IMG/VR virus record: IMGVR_UViG_3300025879_000013
Length of the DNA: 64,000 nucleotides
Reading direction: 5' to 3' (one strand)
Origin: an uncultured virus (IMG/VR IMGVR_UViG_3300025879_000013)
Taxonomy: Duplodnaviria; Heunggongvirae; Uroviricota; Caudoviricetes
Shown here: positions 61,428 through 64,000 of the stretch, in pieces
How the letters are laid out: every line of letters begins with the position of its first letter
Numbering within the stretch: position 1 is the stretch's first letter
Position numbers and translations under genes: made by a program
Notes under the pieces: model-generated
What the model was told of the DNA's origin: nothing
What the model saw: the letters and a program-made list of their open reading frames with translations, nothing else
Databases searched by the model: none

Positions 61428-62540
61428 ATGTCTGTAATTAACGAACCACAAAGAACAAAACTATTTACTCGTGTAAAACACCTGTTAGGTGCCCCTATTC
61501 GTAGTGTAGAAATCGAGGATGAAATGATGGACTCACTATTAGAGTTATCAATTCAAGACTATGCACAATATGTAAACGATTGGTTAATTGAATCTCAATG
61601 GACCTCATTATACGGAATGAACTTAGATGAACAATCCGTAACTCGTGCATTTACAACACGTTCTTTAGATTGGGAAACACAATACACCTATTCATATTCA
61701 AAAATTGTAGGTTTACAGGCTGGTGGTGATTACGTTCTTAAAAAAGACTATATTGATTTAGTTCCAGGACAACAGATATATGAGATACCAAAAGGTAGAG
61801 AACTAAACGAACTTCTGTGGTTTAGTCGTGCAGAATTAGATGCAGCTTTCTTTGACCCATTTATGGGTGGTTTTGGAGGTATGGGTGGTGTTGGATTAGG
61901 TGGAGGTGCTGGATTCTCACAAATGGGTACTACAGGTAATTACTTTGTAACTCCGGCATTCGACATTCTACTTAGAATGCAAGACATTAATGTTAAAAGA
62001 AGAATCATTTCAGGAGAGTTAACTTATCGTGTTACTGCACTTCCAGACGGTAAAAAGGCTGTACACTTAATGAACGTTCCTGGTGGTAAGTTTGATTTTG
62101 GTAATATTCAACACAATGAGTATCGTGTATGGTATTGGTATTATGAAACTGAAGACCGTGAAGATTGTTTATCTAAAAACCCCGATGTGGTAAGACTACC
62201 ATCAGACATACCTATTGATGAAATGAAGTGGGATGAATTAAATAATCCAGCACAGACATGGGTTAGAAAATGGTTTGTTGCTTACGTAAAAGAAACATTA
62301 GGTAGAGTAAGGGGTAAATTTAGTGGTAATTTAAAGACTCCCGATTCGGAATTACAATTAGAATATGATTCATTACTAACAGAAGCAAAAGATGAAAAAT
62401 CTAAATTGTATGAGGAATTATCACAAAGACTTGAAAGATTAAGACCTGAAAAAATGATGGAAAGAGAAGCTAACGTTGCGGAAAATCTTAACAAATCGTT
62501 ACAGTTCCGTGCAATGCCTCGACAAATTTATGTAATTTAA
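61428..62540 (+). CDS. Neck / head-tail adaptor protein (T4 gp13-like)
   Basis: LLGAPIRSVEIEDE and WVRKWFVAYVKETLGRVRGKFSG match the neck-protein pattern. Confidence 0.75.
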   Translation: MSVINEPQRTKLFTRVKHLLGAPIRSVEIEDEMMDSLLELSIQDYAQYVNDWLIESQWTSLYGMNLDEQSVTRAFTTRSLDWETQYTYSYSKIVGLQAGGDYVLKKDYIDLVPGQQIYEIPKGRELNELLWFSRAELDAAFFDPFMGGFGGMGGVGLGGGAGFSQMGTTGNYFVTPAFDILLRMQDINVKRRIISGELTYRVTALPDGKKAVHLMNVPGGKFDFGNIQHNEYRVWYWYYETEDREDCLSKNPDVVRLPSDIPIDEMKWDELNNPAQTWVRKWFVAYVKETLGRVRGKFSGNLKTPDSELQLEYDSLLTEAKDEKSKLYEELSQRLERLRPEKMMEREANVAENLNKSLQFRAMPRQIYVI

Positions 62541-62542
62541 TT

Positions 62543-62875
62543 ATGGGTATAGTGAAATCATACCCTGTAACAAAAATTGTTGCGGGTAAAGAAATAAAGA
62601 CATCTGATAGTATCTTATGTACTAGTAACTATTATAAAACAAATGGTGAAAGTGCTATTGTAATTAATAGTAACACAGAATGTACATTAGTTTTAGATGA
62701 AACTACTACAGACCATGTTACTATTAAAGCCATGTCAGATGTTAAGGTCGTAACCGATAAATTAATTGACGATGAATTTGAAGAGATTTTACTCGACAAA
62801 TATTCATCTGTTGAATTACGTTATATTGTTGACAGTTGGTATATTATGTCATCTGATGGGTTAAAGAACTCATAA
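62543..62875 (+). CDS. Small beta-rich protein (110 aa), possible fibre/collar attachment domain
   Basis: D.VTIK...ID.....L....SVEL.Y....WYI pattern; follows the neck gene. Confidence 0.45.
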   Translation: MGIVKSYPVTKIVAGKEIKTSDSILCTSNYYKTNGESAIVINSNTECTLVLDETTTDHVTIKAMSDVKVVTDKLIDDEFEEILLDKYSSVELRYIVDSWYIMSSDGLKNS

Positions 62876-64000
62876 TATTCTGATTCTTTTTTACGTAGTC
62901 TTTATCTACTAAATCCATAGTCCCATCTAAATACATATAATAAGGGTTAATACCTACACTACCCCAAAACTTAACTTCCGTGTCAGAAAGAGTTAATACC
63001 TCATCTAATTCGTCTTGGTCACCATCTCTACGAGGATATCCTCTAACCAATTCGGTTTGTGTTTTAGTAAAGAATGGTCGGTCTGATGGGTCCTCAATTA
63101 AAATCTCATCACGGATATCAGGTGAAAAAACAACCAATAGGGGTTCTATTCTTTTATTAAACGCAGCTAAATAACGAGGAACATTATATTCACCTAACTT
63201 ATCAGGTTCATTTGCAATGTCTTTATCATTAATTAAATAACAATTCAAAACAACTTCAACACCGTCAGGTGGCATAACAACTCCGTGTTCTGATTTATAT
63301 TGTCTTTTCTCAGCTGCAGTTGCGTTCCATATATTTTTCTTTTGAACATCACCGTGAGACTTCTTTTCACCGTTATTTACATAATAAATGGTATCACCCA
63401 AACCAACAGGTAAATTATGTTTAATCGCAAGTTCCATATGAGCTTGACGAGACATAAGTGAACCTGACTTAGTTTTTTTAGTGATGTGGACTTTATACTC
63501 TTTTATTGATTGTTTTACTCTTGCCTTATTTGCAATCTTAGAAATCGGTATTTGTTGATTATAAATCTTTTCAGCATATTCATAATAGTAATCTAAGAAT
63601 TCATGACCTTTACCATCTAATAACAATCTTAATCCTTTATCTAAGAATTCAGCAACATATGTTGGTAGTTTCTTCGACTTAATCGTATTACCTGTAAGTT
63701 TTACCTTTCCTGAGTCTGTAAGAAGTGCATAGTTCTTACGAGCTACATTAATAGTTGACGGCCACACACCATCAGTATCAAGACCCATCTCACCTCTCAT
63801 AAACAAATCATTATACTCGGCAACATCGGCTTCAGTTCCGTGATATGTTTTACCTTCAACAACCAAATCATTTAACCCTTTTCCCACATAAGTGTGTTCC
63901 TCACGACCAGGTGGTGATGAGAAGTTAACACCATCCGTATCCATAACGAGTGGTTTATATCCCCTTTCCATAAACCACATAATCATCTGACGAAGGTATT
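62844..64000 (-). CDS. Family B DNA polymerase, C-terminal part (frame open beyond the window end)
   Basis: Motif C MDTDGV, ARKNYA; the frame continues YLRQ upstream of the track's Met. Confidence 0.88.
   Translation of the reverse strand, partial: YLRQMIMWFMERGYKPLVMDTDGVNFSSPPGREEHTYVGKGLNDLVVEGKTYHGTEADVAEYNDLFMRGEMGLDTDGVWPSTINVARKNYALLTDSGKVKLTGNTIKSKKLPTYVAEFLDKGLRLLLDGKGHEFLDYYYEYAEKIYNQQIPISKIANKARVKQSIKEYKVHITKKTKSGSLMSRQAHMELAIKHNLPVGLGDTIYYVNNGEKKSHGDVQKKNIWNATAAEKRQYKSEHGVVMPPDGVEVVLNCYLINDKDIANEPDKLGEYNVPRYLAAFNKRIEPLLVVFSPDIRDEILIEDPSDRPFFTKTQTELVRGYPRRDGDQDELDEVLTLSDTEVKFWGSVGINPYYMYLDGTMDLVDKDYVKKNQNIMSSLTHQMT

Noticed and set aside
1..64000. Alternative genetic code, as in some large phages
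   Set aside because: Genes are full length and densely packed under the standard code, with TAA, TAG and TGA all used as stops.

Overview
AT-rich, gene-dense segment of a large myovirus (jumbo-phage-like) genome read in the standard genetic code, mostly on the minus strand. It holds a contractile-tail morphogenesis region: sheath, tube, probable chaperones and tape measure, gp25/gp6/gp7-like/gp53-like baseplate parts, hub, neck proteins and very large fibre/adhesin proteins. A replication and nucleotide block interrupts it (SSB, RecA/UvsX, 5'-3' exonuclease, DnaB-like helicase, nrdB-nrdA). An SNF2 helicase, a SOD fusion and the 3' part of a family-B DNA polymerase lie at the right end. A Bacteroidota (probably Flavobacteriia) host is inferred from the class Id-type RNR with the ATP cone on NrdB, SprB-like repeats, TTTG-N19-TATATTTA promoters and A-rich leaders without an obvious Shine-Dalgarno. 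The most notable signals are: (1) proteins with a shared basic (I/L)xE leader that look like protease-processed head cargo, including a Mn-type SOD fused to a nuclease-like domain and a HAD phosphatase; (2) a [S/T]-G-x-T motif enriched across unrelated virion-surface proteins, a candidate modification sequon; (3) a 2090-aa SprB/vWA/Cys-repeat adhesin that shares a domain with the baseplate wedge; (4) OmpA-like and GH73-like cell-wall domains built into baseplate core proteins; (5) a conserved TATTTAT promoter-like motif, an unannotated 49-aa RHH-like gene with a putative operator, and a likely chaperone frameshift. All calls come from reading motifs by eye; no searches were run.
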